64,000 nt of DNA. Source: Candidatus Coproplasma stercoripullorum. Its GTDB lineage: Bacteria > Bacillota > Clostridia > Christensenellales > Borkfalkiaceae. The position numbers and the translations under genes are program-made. The notes below the pieces were generated by a model, which was given only the letters and a program-made list of their open reading frames with translations, was not told where the DNA came from and did not search any database. How positions within the stretch are numbered: position 1 is the stretch's first letter; every line of letters begins with the position of its first letter. Where the stretch lies: assembly GCA_018712405.1 (NCBI GenBank), contig DVHB01000062.1, positions 1,684 through 65,683 of the forward strand, read 5' to 3'. Shown here one piece after another: positions 17,271-27,837 of the stretch.

Positions 17271-19434
17271 ATTAGCCCCTGCAGGCGATAAAAACAGCGC
17301 AATTGCGGCAATAAACAGCGGTGCCGACGCGATCTACCTTGGGTTAAAGCAGTTTTCGGCACGTTCATCGGCAGATAATTTTGATATCTCTGCGCTAAAA
17401 GAGATAATAAATTATGCCGCCGTTTTCGGCGTAAAGGTGCATGTCGCCATGAACACCCTTGTAAAGCAGGACGAGGTTGAAAACTTTTTGTCTGCCGTAA
17501 AGGCGGCATGGAACTGCGGTGCCGACGCCATAATAATGCAGGATATTTTTTTAGGAAGGACCGTGCATGAAGCGTTCCCGCAGATCACGCTGCACCTTTC
17601 CACCCAGGCTGGCGTGTGCAACGAATACGGTGCGCGCCTTGCAAAAGAGTTCGGCTTTTCGCGCGTGATACTTGCGAGAGAGACTGCGTTTGAGGATATT
17701 GAAAGGATAGCAAAAATAATCGAGACGGAAGTTTTTGTGCAGGGCGCGCTGTGCACCTGCTTTTCGGGGCAATGCTATCTCTCGTCGTTTGCGGGCGGCA
17801 ACAGCGGCAACCGCGGGCGGTGCAAACAGCCATGCCGCAAGCTCTATTCAATAGACCGCAATGGCTTTGAAGAGCGGGCGTACAGGCTCTCGCCCTCCGA
17901 TCTGTGCGCGGGGGAGAATATAAAGAAGCTGAAAGACGCTGGAGTTTATTCCTTCAAGATAGAGGGGCGCATGCGCCGCCCTGAATACGTCGCGGCCGCG
18001 GTAAATTATTACAGGGCTATACTTTGCGGCGGTAAGGGGGATATCTCCGCGCTCAGACGCACTTTTAACCGCGGTAATTATACGAGGGGGCTGGCGTTCG
18101 GACAGGATAAGGGCTTTTTGTCGCCTGCCGTGCAGGGGCATTTGGGCGAATATGTGGGTACGGTTAAAATAGTAAACGGCCGGGCCCTCTGCGAGAGCGG
18201 ACAGCATTTTAAAAGGGGCGACGGCTTTAAAATCCTGCGTTCGGGCAGCGAGGTGTGCGGCGGCGCATACGACGGCGACTGTAAGGGCGGGTTTTATATT
18301 GTTACGCCCAAGCGCCTCAAGAACGGGGACAAGGTTTTTGTGACCACCGATACGGCGCTCAACGAGCGGCTTACGTCGGGCAGGCGGCTTTTGAAAGTCG
18401 ATATATTTGCTCGGTTTACCGAGGGTGAGTATCCCCGAGTTAGCATAAACGGATGTGAATTTACTGGCGGTGAAAGGCTTGGATCAGCGCAGAGCAGGCC
18501 GCTCACTTCCGGGGATATAGTCGATTGTTTCCGCAAGGTAGGCGAACTGCCGTTTGACGTTTCCTTCGGCGATGTTGCGGTTGAGGGCAACCCTTATCTC
18601 GGCATGGCGGCGCTCAATGCCTTCCGCAGGGCTGCCTATGAAAATTTTCTGTCGCTCATAACTTTCAAAGAGCGATTCCATGTCGAGGATGATATTGCCG
18701 TGCCCGAGACGGATTGTATTGTAAATACAAAAACGGCAGTCATTTGTTCTGACTTGAACGGCGTGCAGGCGGATATCGGTATTCTGAAGCCCGACGACTA
18801 TTTTTCCGACCTTGCTCCGCTGATAAAAGATTTTGATGGCGAGAAGTATCTCTGTCTGCCCGCATATTTACGGGGGGACGATATCGAAAAACTGAAGCCC
18901 GCGTTAAAGCTCTTTGACGGCGTCTATTGCGAGGGGTACTACGGCATCGCCCTTGCGCGCGAGCAGAATATGCCCCTCTTTGCGGGGGTGGGATACAATG
19001 TTTCAAATACGTTTGCCGCAAAGTATCTTTCGGAGTGTGCAAAATATTTCTGTATTTCAAAGGAACTTTCCATGCGCGAGGCCGCGCCGCTTCGCACGCG
19101 CAATGCATTCATGCTCTCCGTGGGCGGCATAAAGGTCATGGACCTCATATACTGCCCGTTCGGCCGCACATGCTCTGCCTGCGACAGGCGCAGGGTATAT
19201 ACCCTCACCGACGAGTCGGGCAGGAAATTCCCGCTGAAGCGTTACGAACTTTCGTCCTGCCGTTTCGAGTTGTATAACTGCGCAAATCTATATTCTGAAA
19301 ATACTGAAGGACGCCTGTGTGATTTCACTCTGCTCGACGGAGTAAAACTTTCGCGTGAAATGTCGGAGGACAGGTCGGTAAAACACTTGCTCGGCGATAT
19401 AACGCGCGGACACATCAATTCGCCCGTGCTCTGA
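17260..19434 (+). CDS. U32 family peptidase-like protein
   Basis: Start chosen at MCEILAPAGD (typical U32 N-terminus ELLAPAG). Other family segments: AIxxGADAIYLG, VHVAMNTL, FVQGALCTCFSGQCYLSS and EGRMRRPEYV. Confidence 0.8.
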   Translation: MCEILAPAGDKNSAIAAINSGADAIYLGLKQFSARSSADNFDISALKEIINYAAVFGVKVHVAMNTLVKQDEVENFLSAVKAAWNCGADAIIMQDIFLGRTVHEAFPQITLHLSTQAGVCNEYGARLAKEFGFSRVILARETAFEDIERIAKIIETEVFVQGALCTCFSGQCYLSSFAGGNSGNRGRCKQPCRKLYSIDRNGFEERAYRLSPSDLCAGENIKKLKDAGVYSFKIEGRMRRPEYVAAAVNYYRAILCGGKGDISALRRTFNRGNYTRGLAFGQDKGFLSPAVQGHLGEYVGTVKIVNGRALCESGQHFKRGDGFKILRSGSEVCGGAYDGDCKGGFYIVTPKRLKNGDKVFVTTDTALNERLTSGRRLLKVDIFARFTEGEYPRVSINGCEFTGGERLGSAQSRPLTSGDIVDCFRKVGELPFDVSFGDVAVEGNPYLGMAALNAFRRAAYENFLSLITFKERFHVEDDIAVPETDCIVNTKTAVICSDLNGVQADIGILKPDDYFSDLAPLIKDFDGEKYLCLPAYLRGDDIEKLKPALKLFDGVYCEGYYGIALAREQNMPLFAGVGYNVSNTFAAKYLSECAKYFCISKELSMREAAPLRTRNAFMLSVGGIKVMDLIYCPFGRTCSACDRRRVYTLTDESGRKFPLKRYELSSCRFELYNCANLYSENTEGRLCDFTLLDGVKLSREMSEDRSVKHLLGDITRGHINSPVL

Positions 19435-19504
19435 TTTTTTTGTTGCGGCTAATCAGGCGCCATATTTGTACTGTGCATAAATTTCTGATATAAAAATTAC
19501 CAAA

Positions 19505-21874
19505 ATGAATTCGCAATTTTTCGAAAAACTTGAACTCAATAAAGTGCTCGCAAAGTGCGCCGAATACGCCGCGCTCGGTTCGGCAAAGTCGCTCATCGCG
19601 TCGTGTGCGCCCTCTTCAGACCTTGAGGAGGTGCGCGAAAGGCTTGCGCGCACGGAGGAGGCAGACAAACTGCTGTTCAGGGCGGGAGTTTCGGGTATAG
19701 AATTTTTCGATGACGTGGATGAACTGCTCGCCCGTGCAAAGAAAGGAAGCGCTCTTTCGTGCGGGGAATTGCGGCAGGTCAACGCCCTCAACCACTCGGC
19801 GCGCATTGCGCAGAATTCGGTATTTTCTCTCGCGGATGAAGATATCGTTCTTTTAAAGGCCGACTGTTCCCGGCTGTATTATGACCAGCGTCTGGAGGAT
19901 GACGTAACTTTTGCCATAATTTCCGACACTGAACTCAGCGACCACGCCAGCGAAAAGCTGTTCGATATACGCACTAAGATAAAGTCGCTCAACGCGCGCA
20001 TACGCACCAAACTCACTGAATATATAACGGGTCCCACGGCGGCCTTTTTGCAGGATGCCACGGTCACTATGCGCAACGATCGATTTGTCATTCCCGTGAA
20101 AGCCGAATACAAAAACAGGGTGCGCGGCTTCGTGCACGACCGCTCGCAGACAGGCGCAACGTTTTTTATCGAACCGGAGTATGTGCTCGAGATGAACAAC
20201 GAGCTTATAGCGCTCTCTATCGACGAGCGCGAAGAAATCGAGCGTATTTTAAAGAGCCTTTCCTCGCGTTTCGGTGCGATCGCCGATAAGCTAAAGGCGG
20301 ACGAGGAGATACTCGCAGAGCTCGACTGCTGCTATGCCCGCGCTCAGTACGCTTATGCGTTGAAGGCTGTAAAGCCAAATGCGAACAGGCGCGGCTATAT
20401 AAATATAATAAAGGGCAGACACCCGCTTATAGATAAAAACAAAATAGTTCCTGTGAGCGTGGAGCTCGGCGGCGACTACAACTTTCTGCTTTTAAGCGGC
20501 GCGAATACGGGCGGCAAGACCGTCACCTTAAAGATGGTCGGACTGTTCTGTCTTATGGCGGCGTGCGGGCTGTATATCCCCGCTGCCGAGGGCAGTTCGG
20601 TGGGAGTGTTCGACAATGTGTTCTGTGACCTTGGCGACAGCCAAAGCATTGAGGAAAGCCTTTCAACATTCTCATCGCACATAAAGAATATAATTGAAAT
20701 TGTGAATGGAGTAAGTTCGTCAAGCCTGGTGCTGATCGACGAGCCGGGCGGCGGCACCAACCCGGACGAGGGTCAGGCGCTTGCGCGCGCGGTGGTTGAA
20801 AAATTGCTCTCCACGGATTGCCGCGGAATAGTTACCACGCATTTCACTGCTTTAAAGGAGTTTGCGTTTGGTGCAAAGGGCATAGAGAATGCCAGCATGG
20901 AGTTCGATTCGGCCACTTTGAAGCCGCTCTATAAGATAAAGATAGGAATGCCGGGGTCGAGCAACGCCCTCGCAATATGCAGGCGCATGGGCCTGCCCGA
21001 AGATATTCTGGATAAGGCCGTCTCCTATCTCTCCGAAGGCGGACGTGCGTTTGAAAATATCGTACGCAAGGCCGAGGATAGCAGGGTACAGGCCGAACAG
21101 CTCGTTGCGGAGAACGAGGCGCTGCGCGCTGAACTTAAAAAGAAGATAGCTCTTGCGGAGACTCGCGCAGACGAGCTTGAGCGTGAGCGGGCAAAACTTT
21201 TCAATAATGCAAAGGCGGAGAGCCGCCGCATAATCAATGAACGCGCGGCAGAAGCGGAAGAATTGCTCGCAGAAATTGAAGAAATATTCAAAAAATCGGA
21301 GCTTTCTGAGGCCGACCTCATAGAGGCGCGTACCCTTAAAAATAAGATAAAAGACGCGGCGTTTAAATCGGAAGAATCCCCTGAACGACAAACGCCATAT
21401 TCGCCTGCCGCAAAGGATAACCTTCATGTCGGAGATAGAGTATTCATAAAGCCAATGCAGACCGAGGGGGATGTGCTCTTCTTTTCGCCGGGTAAGGGTG
21501 AGGCCGAAGTTGCGTGCGGCAGTATGAAATTGCGCTGCAAACTTGCCGATCTTCTTGTGATAGGGTCCGACAGGCATAAAAGTAAGGCGGCCGGCAATGT
21601 TCGTGTTGTGCGTAAGATAGCGCCTTCCGTGCCGGTGCTCGAGATCAACGTGCTCGGACTCACCGTAGAGGAGGCGCTCTATGAAGTCGATAATTTTATC
21701 GATAAGGCCGTGACCGATAATCTTGAAGAGGTAAAAATCATTCACGGCGTCGGGACAGGCAGGTTACGCAAAGCAATTTGGGAGCACCTGAAGCGGCATA
21801 AAAATGTCGGCAGTTTGCGCCTCGGTAAATACGGCGAGGGTGAGACGGGTGTGACGTTTGTAAAACTTAAATAA
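19505..21874 (+). CDS. mutS2: Endonuclease MutS2 (MutS ATPase core + C-terminal Smr domain)
   Basis: GANTGGKTVTLK Walker A, DEPGGGTNPDEG, a long coiled-coil segment and a C-terminal Smr (INVLGLTVEEAL...IIHGVGTGRLR). Confidence 0.9.
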   Translation: MNSQFFEKLELNKVLAKCAEYAALGSAKSLIASCAPSSDLEEVRERLARTEEADKLLFRAGVSGIEFFDDVDELLARAKKGSALSCGELRQVNALNHSARIAQNSVFSLADEDIVLLKADCSRLYYDQRLEDDVTFAIISDTELSDHASEKLFDIRTKIKSLNARIRTKLTEYITGPTAAFLQDATVTMRNDRFVIPVKAEYKNRVRGFVHDRSQTGATFFIEPEYVLEMNNELIALSIDEREEIERILKSLSSRFGAIADKLKADEEILAELDCCYARAQYAYALKAVKPNANRRGYINIIKGRHPLIDKNKIVPVSVELGGDYNFLLLSGANTGGKTVTLKMVGLFCLMAACGLYIPAAEGSSVGVFDNVFCDLGDSQSIEESLSTFSSHIKNIIEIVNGVSSSSLVLIDEPGGGTNPDEGQALARAVVEKLLSTDCRGIVTTHFTALKEFAFGAKGIENASMEFDSATLKPLYKIKIGMPGSSNALAICRRMGLPEDILDKAVSYLSEGGRAFENIVRKAEDSRVQAEQLVAENEALRAELKKKIALAETRADELERERAKLFNNAKAESRRIINERAAEAEELLAEIEEIFKKSELSEADLIEARTLKNKIKDAAFKSEESPERQTPYSPAAKDNLHVGDRVFIKPMQTEGDVLFFSPGKGEAEVACGSMKLRCKLADLLVIGSDRHKSKAAGNVRVVRKIAPSVPVLEINVLGLTVEEALYEVDNFIDKAVTDNLEEVKIIHGVGTGRLRKAIWEHLKRHKNVGSLRLGKYGEGETGVTFVKLK

Positions 21875-21981
21875 TATGCACAATGAGTGCAGCAGAGCGG
21901 GTGTTAGACTAAAAAATAGGCATTTGACATCTTCTTCAGATGCAATATTGCGCCCCGAACATAATATTATATAAATAGTAT

Positions 21982-22704
21982 TTGATTAATCGGGGTAAAC
22001 TGTTGAAGAACAAGGTCATAATGGTTGTAACAAATCTGCTCATCTGTGCCATAATCGTTGTCACGGCGGTAGTAGGCTTTGCAGGCGGTAGCGCAGTGAC
22101 GGTTTCGGACGGCGACGGAAACGTAATATACCGCTCTGAATCGGAGAGCTCGGTAAGTCTGATGTTCAACGTCTATCAGGGCACGGACGAGGTGCTTGAA
22201 ATTCTGGATGTGCTAGATGAATATAGCGCAAAAGCCACGTTTTTTATAGGCGGCTGCTGGGCGGACGACAATGTGGACTGCGTGCGCGAAATATTTGCGC
22301 GCGGACATGAAATAGCAAGTCACGGCTATTTCCATAAGGACCATTCCGCGCTCTCTTACGAGGAAAATCTCGCCGAGATTTCACCGAGCGTAAAACTTCT
22401 GAATATGATATGCGGCCAGAATATATCGCTATTCGCTCCGCCATCCGGGGCATTCAACGACTATACGGTCAGTGCCTGTCTGGAGCTCGGTTTAAAAGTG
22501 ATAATGTGGAGCAAAGATACTATCGACTGGCGCGACAGCGATGTGAATCTGATAGTTTCGCGCGCGACAAACGGGTTGCAGGGCGGGGACTTCGTTTTGA
22601 TGCATCCCACGGAGAGTACTGTAAGGGCTCTTCCTTCAATATTGAATTACATAGGAAACAGCGGCTTTGCCGCCTGTACGGTTTCGTGCAGTTTAGGAGA
22701 ATAG
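21982..22704 (+). CDS. Polysaccharide deacetylase (NodB domain), membrane-anchored
   Basis: N-terminal TM helix, then ATFFIGGCWADDN...HEIASHGYFHKDH...LFAPPSGAF...MWSKDTIDW. TTG start; an alternative ATG lies at 22021. Confidence 0.75.
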   Translation: MINRGKLLKNKVIMVVTNLLICAIIVVTAVVGFAGGSAVTVSDGDGNVIYRSESESSVSLMFNVYQGTDEVLEILDVLDEYSAKATFFIGGCWADDNVDCVREIFARGHEIASHGYFHKDHSALSYEENLAEISPSVKLLNMICGQNISLFAPPSGAFNDYTVSACLELGLKVIMWSKDTIDWRDSDVNLIVSRATNGLQGGDFVLMHPTESTVRALPSILNYIGNSGFAACTVSCSLGE

Positions 22705-23943
22705 ATGGTACATTATAAACAGCTTAAAAACGGAATCAGGCTTGTAGTAAAGCGCATGGAGGGGTTGATGTCTGTCTCCATGGGGGTGCTCGTGGGCACG
22801 GGTGCATATGTAGAAAGCGAGCGCGAGGACGGTATTTCGCACTTTATCGAGCACATGATGTTTAAGGGCACAAAGACGCGTTCAGCGTTCGCCATATCTG
22901 ACGAAATGGACAGAATAGGTGCTCAGATGAACGCTTTTACGGGCAAGGATCTCACATGTTACTATGCAAAGTCGACTACCGACAACGCAGCGAAGGCGTT
23001 TGAGATACTTGCCGACCTGTTTTTAAACAGCATATTTCCCGCAGAAGAGATCAAGCGCGAAAAGGGTGTTATCATCGAGGAAATAAATATGAATGAGGAT
23101 ACGCCCGATGATCTTTGTCTCGACCTCCTTGGCGAGGCTTATTACGGGCGCGAGGGATACGGCAGGAATATTCTCGGCAAGCGTGAAAATGTGAGCGGTT
23201 TCACTGCGGATGACGTAAAGGCGTATATGAAGAGCCGCTACACGGCCGACAATATTGTCATTTCCATGGCCGGCAATATAGATATCGCTCTTGCCGAAGA
23301 GCTTGCCGAAAGGTATTTTGCCTCTGTTCCCGCCTCGGAAAAGGACGAAAGAAAGGTAGAAGCTCTGGCCAAACATAATTCTCTCGTAAAATATAAGGAT
23401 ATAGAACAGATACACATAGCTATTGGCTATCCTTCGGTAAAGAGATACGATAAGTTTTATGATGCTACTCTGGTCATGAATTCTGTTCTGGGCGGCAGTA
23501 TGAGCTCGCGGCTTTTCCAGACAGTACGCGAAAAGCTCGGACTGGCCTATACTGTGTATTCATACAGTACAGCATATGCCGATACAGGCACTCTGGTGGT
23601 GTATGCAGGCGTCAATGCAGGGAATTATAAAAAGTCTGTAGATGCTATATACAAATGCATAGAGGAAATCAAACGCAAGGATTTGACGGAGGAGGAGTTT
23701 ATAAGGGGCAAGGAACAGCTAAAGTCCTCGTCTATCTTTGCGCAGGAAAGCACCAGCTCTCAGATGCTCTTATATGGAAAGGAACTTATCTACAGCGGCA
23801 AACTGTACGACTTTGAAGATAGGATAGAGAAGGTAAACGCTGTTACTATGGACGATGTGTTCAACGCCATAGATATCGGCTTCGACGAGTCGCGTATGGC
23901 GGCCGCTGTTGTGGGTAAAGTGGACAAGCCGCTTGAAATATAA
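22705..23943 (+). CDS. M16 family (insulinase/pitrilysin-like) zinc peptidase
   Basis: HFIEHMMFKGT (HxxEH zinc motif). 412 aa. Confidence 0.85.
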   Translation: MVHYKQLKNGIRLVVKRMEGLMSVSMGVLVGTGAYVESEREDGISHFIEHMMFKGTKTRSAFAISDEMDRIGAQMNAFTGKDLTCYYAKSTTDNAAKAFEILADLFLNSIFPAEEIKREKGVIIEEINMNEDTPDDLCLDLLGEAYYGREGYGRNILGKRENVSGFTADDVKAYMKSRYTADNIVISMAGNIDIALAEELAERYFASVPASEKDERKVEALAKHNSLVKYKDIEQIHIAIGYPSVKRYDKFYDATLVMNSVLGGSMSSRLFQTVREKLGLAYTVYSYSTAYADTGTLVVYAGVNAGNYKKSVDAIYKCIEEIKRKDLTEEEFIRGKEQLKSSSIFAQESTSSQMLLYGKELIYSGKLYDFEDRIEKVNAVTMDDVFNAIDIGFDESRMAAAVVGKVDKPLEI

Positions 23944-23960
23944 AATACTATGTGGGACAT
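23944..23960 (+). repeat. Degenerate copy of the recurrent motif (AATACTATGTGGGACAT)
   Basis: Aligns with the 17254, 25034 and 37384 copies. Its ATG (23950) is the predicted start of the glycosylase gene. Confidence 0.45.
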
Positions 23961-24444
23961 AAAATATGGTTTTTTGCCCGTTTTCGATAAAAACAGCCGT
24001 GTTCTGATACTTGGCAGCTTTCCGTCGGTAAAGAGCCGGCAGGTAGAGTTTTACTACGGGAACAGACAAAACCGTTTTTGGAAGATACTTTGCGGTTTTT
24101 TCAAAGAGGACATACCGGAGAGTACGCCTGATAAAATTGCTTTTCTGCATAAAAATCATGTTGCGCTCTGGGACATGGTAATTGAATGCGAGATTGAGGG
24201 GTCGAGCGACTCTTCGATAAAGAACTATAAAGTCGCAGACCTACGCGAAGTTTTGTCTGTAAGTACGATAGAACTGATATTATTAAACGGCGGGAAAGCA
24301 TTTGAGATATTTAATAAATTTTATGGCGGCATTTCCGTACCGTACATAAAATTGCCATCTACCAGCCCTGCAAATACACGGTGCGACGCAGGCGAATGGG
24401 TGCGTGCGTTATCTTCGGTGTTTGGCGCACAAAGGACAGTTTGA
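23950..24444 (+). CDS. DNA-deoxyinosine (hypoxanthine) glycosylase, UDG superfamily
   Basis: ILGSFPSVKS...FYYGNRQNRFW and LPSTSPAN motifs, typical of the small UDG-like hypoxanthine-DNA glycosylases. Confidence 0.7.
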   Translation: MWDIKYGFLPVFDKNSRVLILGSFPSVKSRQVEFYYGNRQNRFWKILCGFFKEDIPESTPDKIAFLHKNHVALWDMVIECEIEGSSDSSIKNYKVADLREVLSVSTIELILLNGGKAFEIFNKFYGGISVPYIKLPSTSPANTRCDAGEWVRALSSVFGAQRTV

Positions 24445-24451
24445 AATAATC

Positions 24452-25141
24452 ATGGTTAAATATTACGAACTTTTAGAAGAATTAGAAAGCATTTCCGAGG
24501 TTGATTTTGCTGACTTTCAGAGGAGGATCATCCGCGACGGTGAACTCAAAATTCTCGGCGTTCGTACGCCGCAACTTAGAAAGCTTGCAAAAAAATACAG
24601 CGGAAAATATGAACTTTTTACGCAATTTCCCAACGAATACTATGAAGTTGTGTTTTTAAAACTGACGCTTGCCGCGCAACTACCTTACGACGACTTTGTC
24701 GCAGTGCTGGACGATTGTGTGCGGCTGATAACCGACTGGGCGCTCTGCGACTTGTTTACGCCGCAATGTATAAAAAAGCGCAGGGACGACTTTATCCTAT
24801 ACATAAAAAAATACCTTGCTGCAGGAGATGGGTATTACAACGGAGGCGAGTATGCGCGCAGGTTTTCGCTGAGGATCTTGCTCTCGTTTTACGTGGAGGA
24901 AAAGTATCTGCCGTTCATATTTGAAAGTATTTCATGTTGCAACCCGGATAAGTATTACGTTGTTATGGGAGCGGCATGGCTGCTTGCTGAGGTTCTCATA
25001 AAATATTATGAGGCTGGTTTTAAATATTTGCACAGTACTACGTGTGACATAAATGTTAAAAATAAGGCCATATCTAAGGCGTGCGATAGTTTTCGCGTCA
25101 GTGCTGAGCGTAAAGCCGAGCTTAAAGCTCTGCGTGGCTGA
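24452..25141 (+). CDS. DNA alkylation repair protein (AlkD-like HEAT-repeat glycosylase family)
   Basis: Start chosen at MVKYYELLEEL. Family pattern FADFQRRII...ILGVRTPQLRKLAKKY...DWALCDLF. Confidence 0.65.
   Translation: MVKYYELLEELESISEVDFADFQRRIIRDGELKILGVRTPQLRKLAKKYSGKYELFTQFPNEYYEVVFLKLTLAAQLPYDDFVAVLDDCVRLITDWALCDLFTPQCIKKRRDDFILYIKKYLAAGDGYYNGGEYARRFSLRILLSFYVEEKYLPFIFESISCCNPDKYYVVMGAAWLLAEVLIKYYEAGFKYLHSTTCDINVKNKAISKACDSFRVSAERKAELKALRG
25034..25050 (+). repeat. Copy of the recurrent motif (AGTACTACGTGTGACAT)
   Basis: Same register as the other copies (AGT ACT ACG = HSTTCD in the AlkD-like CDS). Confidence 0.5.
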
Positions 25142-25226
25142 CGATAACAGAACGGTCTGTCGCCGGTTGCATTGCGCAAGAAGCGTTGGCGTTTAAATTT
25201 TAAGACGTCAAAATTGTAAAAAAGTA

Positions 25227-25255
25227 TTGACTTAACGGCCGTTTTTATTTAAAAT
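25227..25255 (+). promoter_or_regulatory. Sigma-A type promoter of tex
   Basis: TTGACT (25227-25232), 17-nt spacer, TAAAAT (25250-25255). TTGACT / AGTCAA form an inverted repeat flanking the core promoter. Confidence 0.5.
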
Positions 25256-25349
25256 AGTCAAGAAAAACTTTTACGCGGTTTTCAGCCTTTATTTTTGTGA
25301 CTGCAGGCCGCATTTGAATATGAAAAAGTTTTTACGGGAAATTTAACTT

Positions 25350-27506
25350 ATGGATATCATCAATCAACTTACAACCGAATTCAATCTCAAACCTGAACAT
25401 GCAAACAATATCGTGAATCTTTTGGACGAGGGCAATACAATACCGTTCATCGCCCGCTATCGCAAGGAGATGACGGGAGCCATAGACGACCAGATCTTAA
25501 GGCAGTTTGTTGACAGGTATGAATACCTAAAAAATCTTGAAAAGCGTAAGGAAGAAGTGCGTAAGTCAATAACCGATCAAGGCAAGATGACAGAGGAGCT
25601 CGAAGCCGCCATTGAAGCTTGTATAACAATGACTGAGGTGGAGGACGTCTATCGTCCCTATAAGCAGAAGAAAAAGACGAGGGCATCGGTTGCGATTGAG
25701 CGCGGACTGCAGGGACTTGCAGACTTTATTCTTGTGCAGGAGGGCGATCCTTATGTTGAGGCAGATAAGTACATAGATGAGGAGAAGAACGTGCCGGACA
25801 GTCAGTCTGCCATAAACGGCGCAAAGGATATAATTGCCGAGATCATTTCCGATAATGCTGAGCTCAGAAAAAAGCTGCGTGAGCTGTTTGAAAATCACGG
25901 CGAACTTCAGTCGAAGATGGTCAACGATGACGGCAAGGGAACATACGCTATGTACGCCGATTATGCAGAGATCGTGCCTGAAATCAAGAATCACCGCGTG
26001 CTTGCCGTAAACAGGGGTGAAAAGGAGGGCTGCCTTAAGGTAAAGCTCTACTTCAATCCCGATCTTGCAAAGCGTGTCTGTTCGGCCAAATACGTTCATT
26101 CCGATGGCGCATGCGCAGAGCTTATAAAAGAAGCCGCCGACGACGGCTATGACAGGTTGATAGAGCCGTCCATAGAGCGCGAAGTGCGCGCCTCACTTTC
26201 CGAAAGAGCGGGCGAGCAGGCCATAAAGATGTTTGAGGTAAATCTGCGCCCGCTGCTTTTGCAGCCGCCCGTAAAGGGTAAGGTTGCCCTCGGACTTGAC
26301 CCCGGCTACAGAATGGGTTGCAAAGTCGCAGTAGTTGACGAGACTGGCAAGGTGCTTGAAACTTCGGTCATTTACCCCGTTCCGCCCTTCAATAAGATTG
26401 AAGAGGCAAAGAAAATTGTAAAAAACTTCATAAATAAATTCGGTGTAGATATTATCGCTATAGGCAACGGAACGGCAAGCAAGGAGACGGAGATCTTTGT
26501 TGCCGACCTTTTGAAAGAGGTTGACCGCGACGTGAGTTACATGGTGGTAAATGAGGCGGGCGCCAGTGTGTATTCCGCAAGCCCGCTTGCCGCCGAGGAG
26601 TTCCCCGACTACGACCTTAACGTCCGTTCGGCTATCTCCATTGCGCGCAGGCTTCAGGACCCGCTTGCAGAGCTTATTAAGATCGACCCTAAGTCGATAG
26701 GCGTGGGGCAGTATCAGCACGATGTCGATCAGAAGAGGCTCGACAGTGCTCTCGGCGGCGTGGTCGAGGATTGTGTAAACAGCGTAGGCGTTGACCTTAA
26801 CACCGCCAGCGCATCGCTTTTGGAGCATGTTGCCGGACTTAATTCCGGTATTGCAAAAAATATTGTGGCGTATCGCGAATCGAACGGAAAATTTACCGGC
26901 CGCTCGCAGCTTTTGAAAGTAAAGAGGCTGGGTGAAAAGGCGTATGAGCAGTGTGCGGGCTTTTTGCGCATACCGGGCGGCGACAACATCTTTGATAATA
27001 CCGCCGTGCATCCCGAATCATATAAAAAGGCCGAAAAACTGTTAAAGCTGTTCGGCTATACCGAAGATGATGTAAAGGCGGGCGGGCTTGCCGAGTTGCC
27101 GCAGAAGATAAAGACCTTCGGCGAGCAGAAGGCTGCCGAATACGCTGAGCTCGATGCGGCGACTCTGCGCGACATTGTAACCGAGCTTCTCCGCCCCGGC
27201 AGGGACATACGCGATTCACTCCCCGCGCCTAAACTGCGCAAGGATATAATGGGAATAGAGGATCTGCAGGTGGGTATGGTCGTCGACGGGACGGTGCGTA
27301 ACGTAATCGACTTCGGCGCTTTTGTAGATATCGGCGTGCATCAGGATGGCCTTGTACACATATCTGAGATCACTGACCGTTATATAAAACACCCTTCCGA
27401 TGTGTTGAAGGTCGGTCAGCAGGTAAAAGCCGTGGTGATAAGCGTGGATGTGAAGAAACAGCGTATAGGACTTTCGCTCAAGCAGGTAAAAAAAATCACA
27501 AATTGA
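25350..27506 (+). CDS. tex: Tex-like transcription accessory protein (YqgF/HhH/S1 domains)
   Basis: NTIPFIARYRKE N-terminus, an RNase H-like YqgF core, HhH motifs and a C-terminal S1 domain (GMVVDGTVRNVIDFGAFVDIG). Confidence 0.9.
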   Translation: MDIINQLTTEFNLKPEHANNIVNLLDEGNTIPFIARYRKEMTGAIDDQILRQFVDRYEYLKNLEKRKEEVRKSITDQGKMTEELEAAIEACITMTEVEDVYRPYKQKKKTRASVAIERGLQGLADFILVQEGDPYVEADKYIDEEKNVPDSQSAINGAKDIIAEIISDNAELRKKLRELFENHGELQSKMVNDDGKGTYAMYADYAEIVPEIKNHRVLAVNRGEKEGCLKVKLYFNPDLAKRVCSAKYVHSDGACAELIKEAADDGYDRLIEPSIEREVRASLSERAGEQAIKMFEVNLRPLLLQPPVKGKVALGLDPGYRMGCKVAVVDETGKVLETSVIYPVPPFNKIEEAKKIVKNFINKFGVDIIAIGNGTASKETEIFVADLLKEVDRDVSYMVVNEAGASVYSASPLAAEEFPDYDLNVRSAISIARRLQDPLAELIKIDPKSIGVGQYQHDVDQKRLDSALGGVVEDCVNSVGVDLNTASASLLEHVAGLNSGIAKNIVAYRESNGKFTGRSQLLKVKRLGEKAYEQCAGFLRIPGGDNIFDNTAVHPESYKKAEKLLKLFGYTEDDVKAGGLAELPQKIKTFGEQKAAEYAELDAATLRDIVTELLRPGRDIRDSLPAPKLRKDIMGIEDLQVGMVVDGTVRNVIDFGAFVDIGVHQDGLVHISEITDRYIKHPSDVLKVGQQVKAVVISVDVKKQRIGLSLKQVKKITN

Positions 27507-27507
27507 C

Positions 27508-27536
27508 TTGACAATTGTAATATCATATTGTAAAAT
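27508..27536 (+). promoter_or_regulatory. Sigma-A type promoter of acpP
   Basis: TTGACA (27508-27513), 17-nt spacer, TAAAAT (27531-27536). Confidence 0.55.
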
Positions 27537-27571
27537 TTATTTGCAATGAAATAACTCGGAGGTTACGATTT

Positions 27572-27793
27572 ATGTTGGAAGAAATAGCAAAGATGCTCGG
27601 CGAACAGCTTGACGTCGATCCTTCTACAATAACACCTGATACTGATATTATCAAAGATCTCGGCGCCGATTCGCTCGATGTTGTTGAGCTTTTAATGGGC
27701 CTCGAGGAAAAGACGGGCAAAACTATTCCCGAAGACAAGGTTGCCGAAATCAAGACTGTCGGCGACATTGCTAAAGTTTTGGAAACTCTTTGA
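27572..27793 (+). CDS. acpP: Acyl carrier protein (stand-alone)
   Basis: 73 aa with the phosphopantetheine attachment motif DLGADSLDVVELLM. Confidence 0.85.
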   Translation: MLEEIAKMLGEQLDVDPSTITPDTDIIKDLGADSLDVVELLMGLEEKTGKTIPEDKVAEIKTVGDIAKVLETL

Positions 27794-27805
27794 TATAAAT
27801 AATTG

Positions 27806-27833
27806 TGCGGAGGCGTTGCCTCCGCATTTTTTT
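27806..27833 (+). terminator. Rho-independent terminator of acpP
   Basis: TGCGGAGG / CCTCCGCA stem followed by TTTTTTT. Confidence 0.8.
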
Positions 27834-27837
27834 CAGT

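Noticed and set aside
20852-21745. 297-aa ORF on the minus strand
   Set aside because: It is antisense to mutS2, in the coiled-coil region with a biased sequence that removes stops on the opposite strand.
22410-22718. 102-aa + strand ORF overlapping the deacetylase 3' end, plus similar alternative-frame ORFs (e.g. 4142-4426, 18914-19277, 45090-45371)
   Set aside because: They lie in alternative frames of well-supported CDSs, are Arg/Gly/Cys-rich, and have no RBS or motifs.
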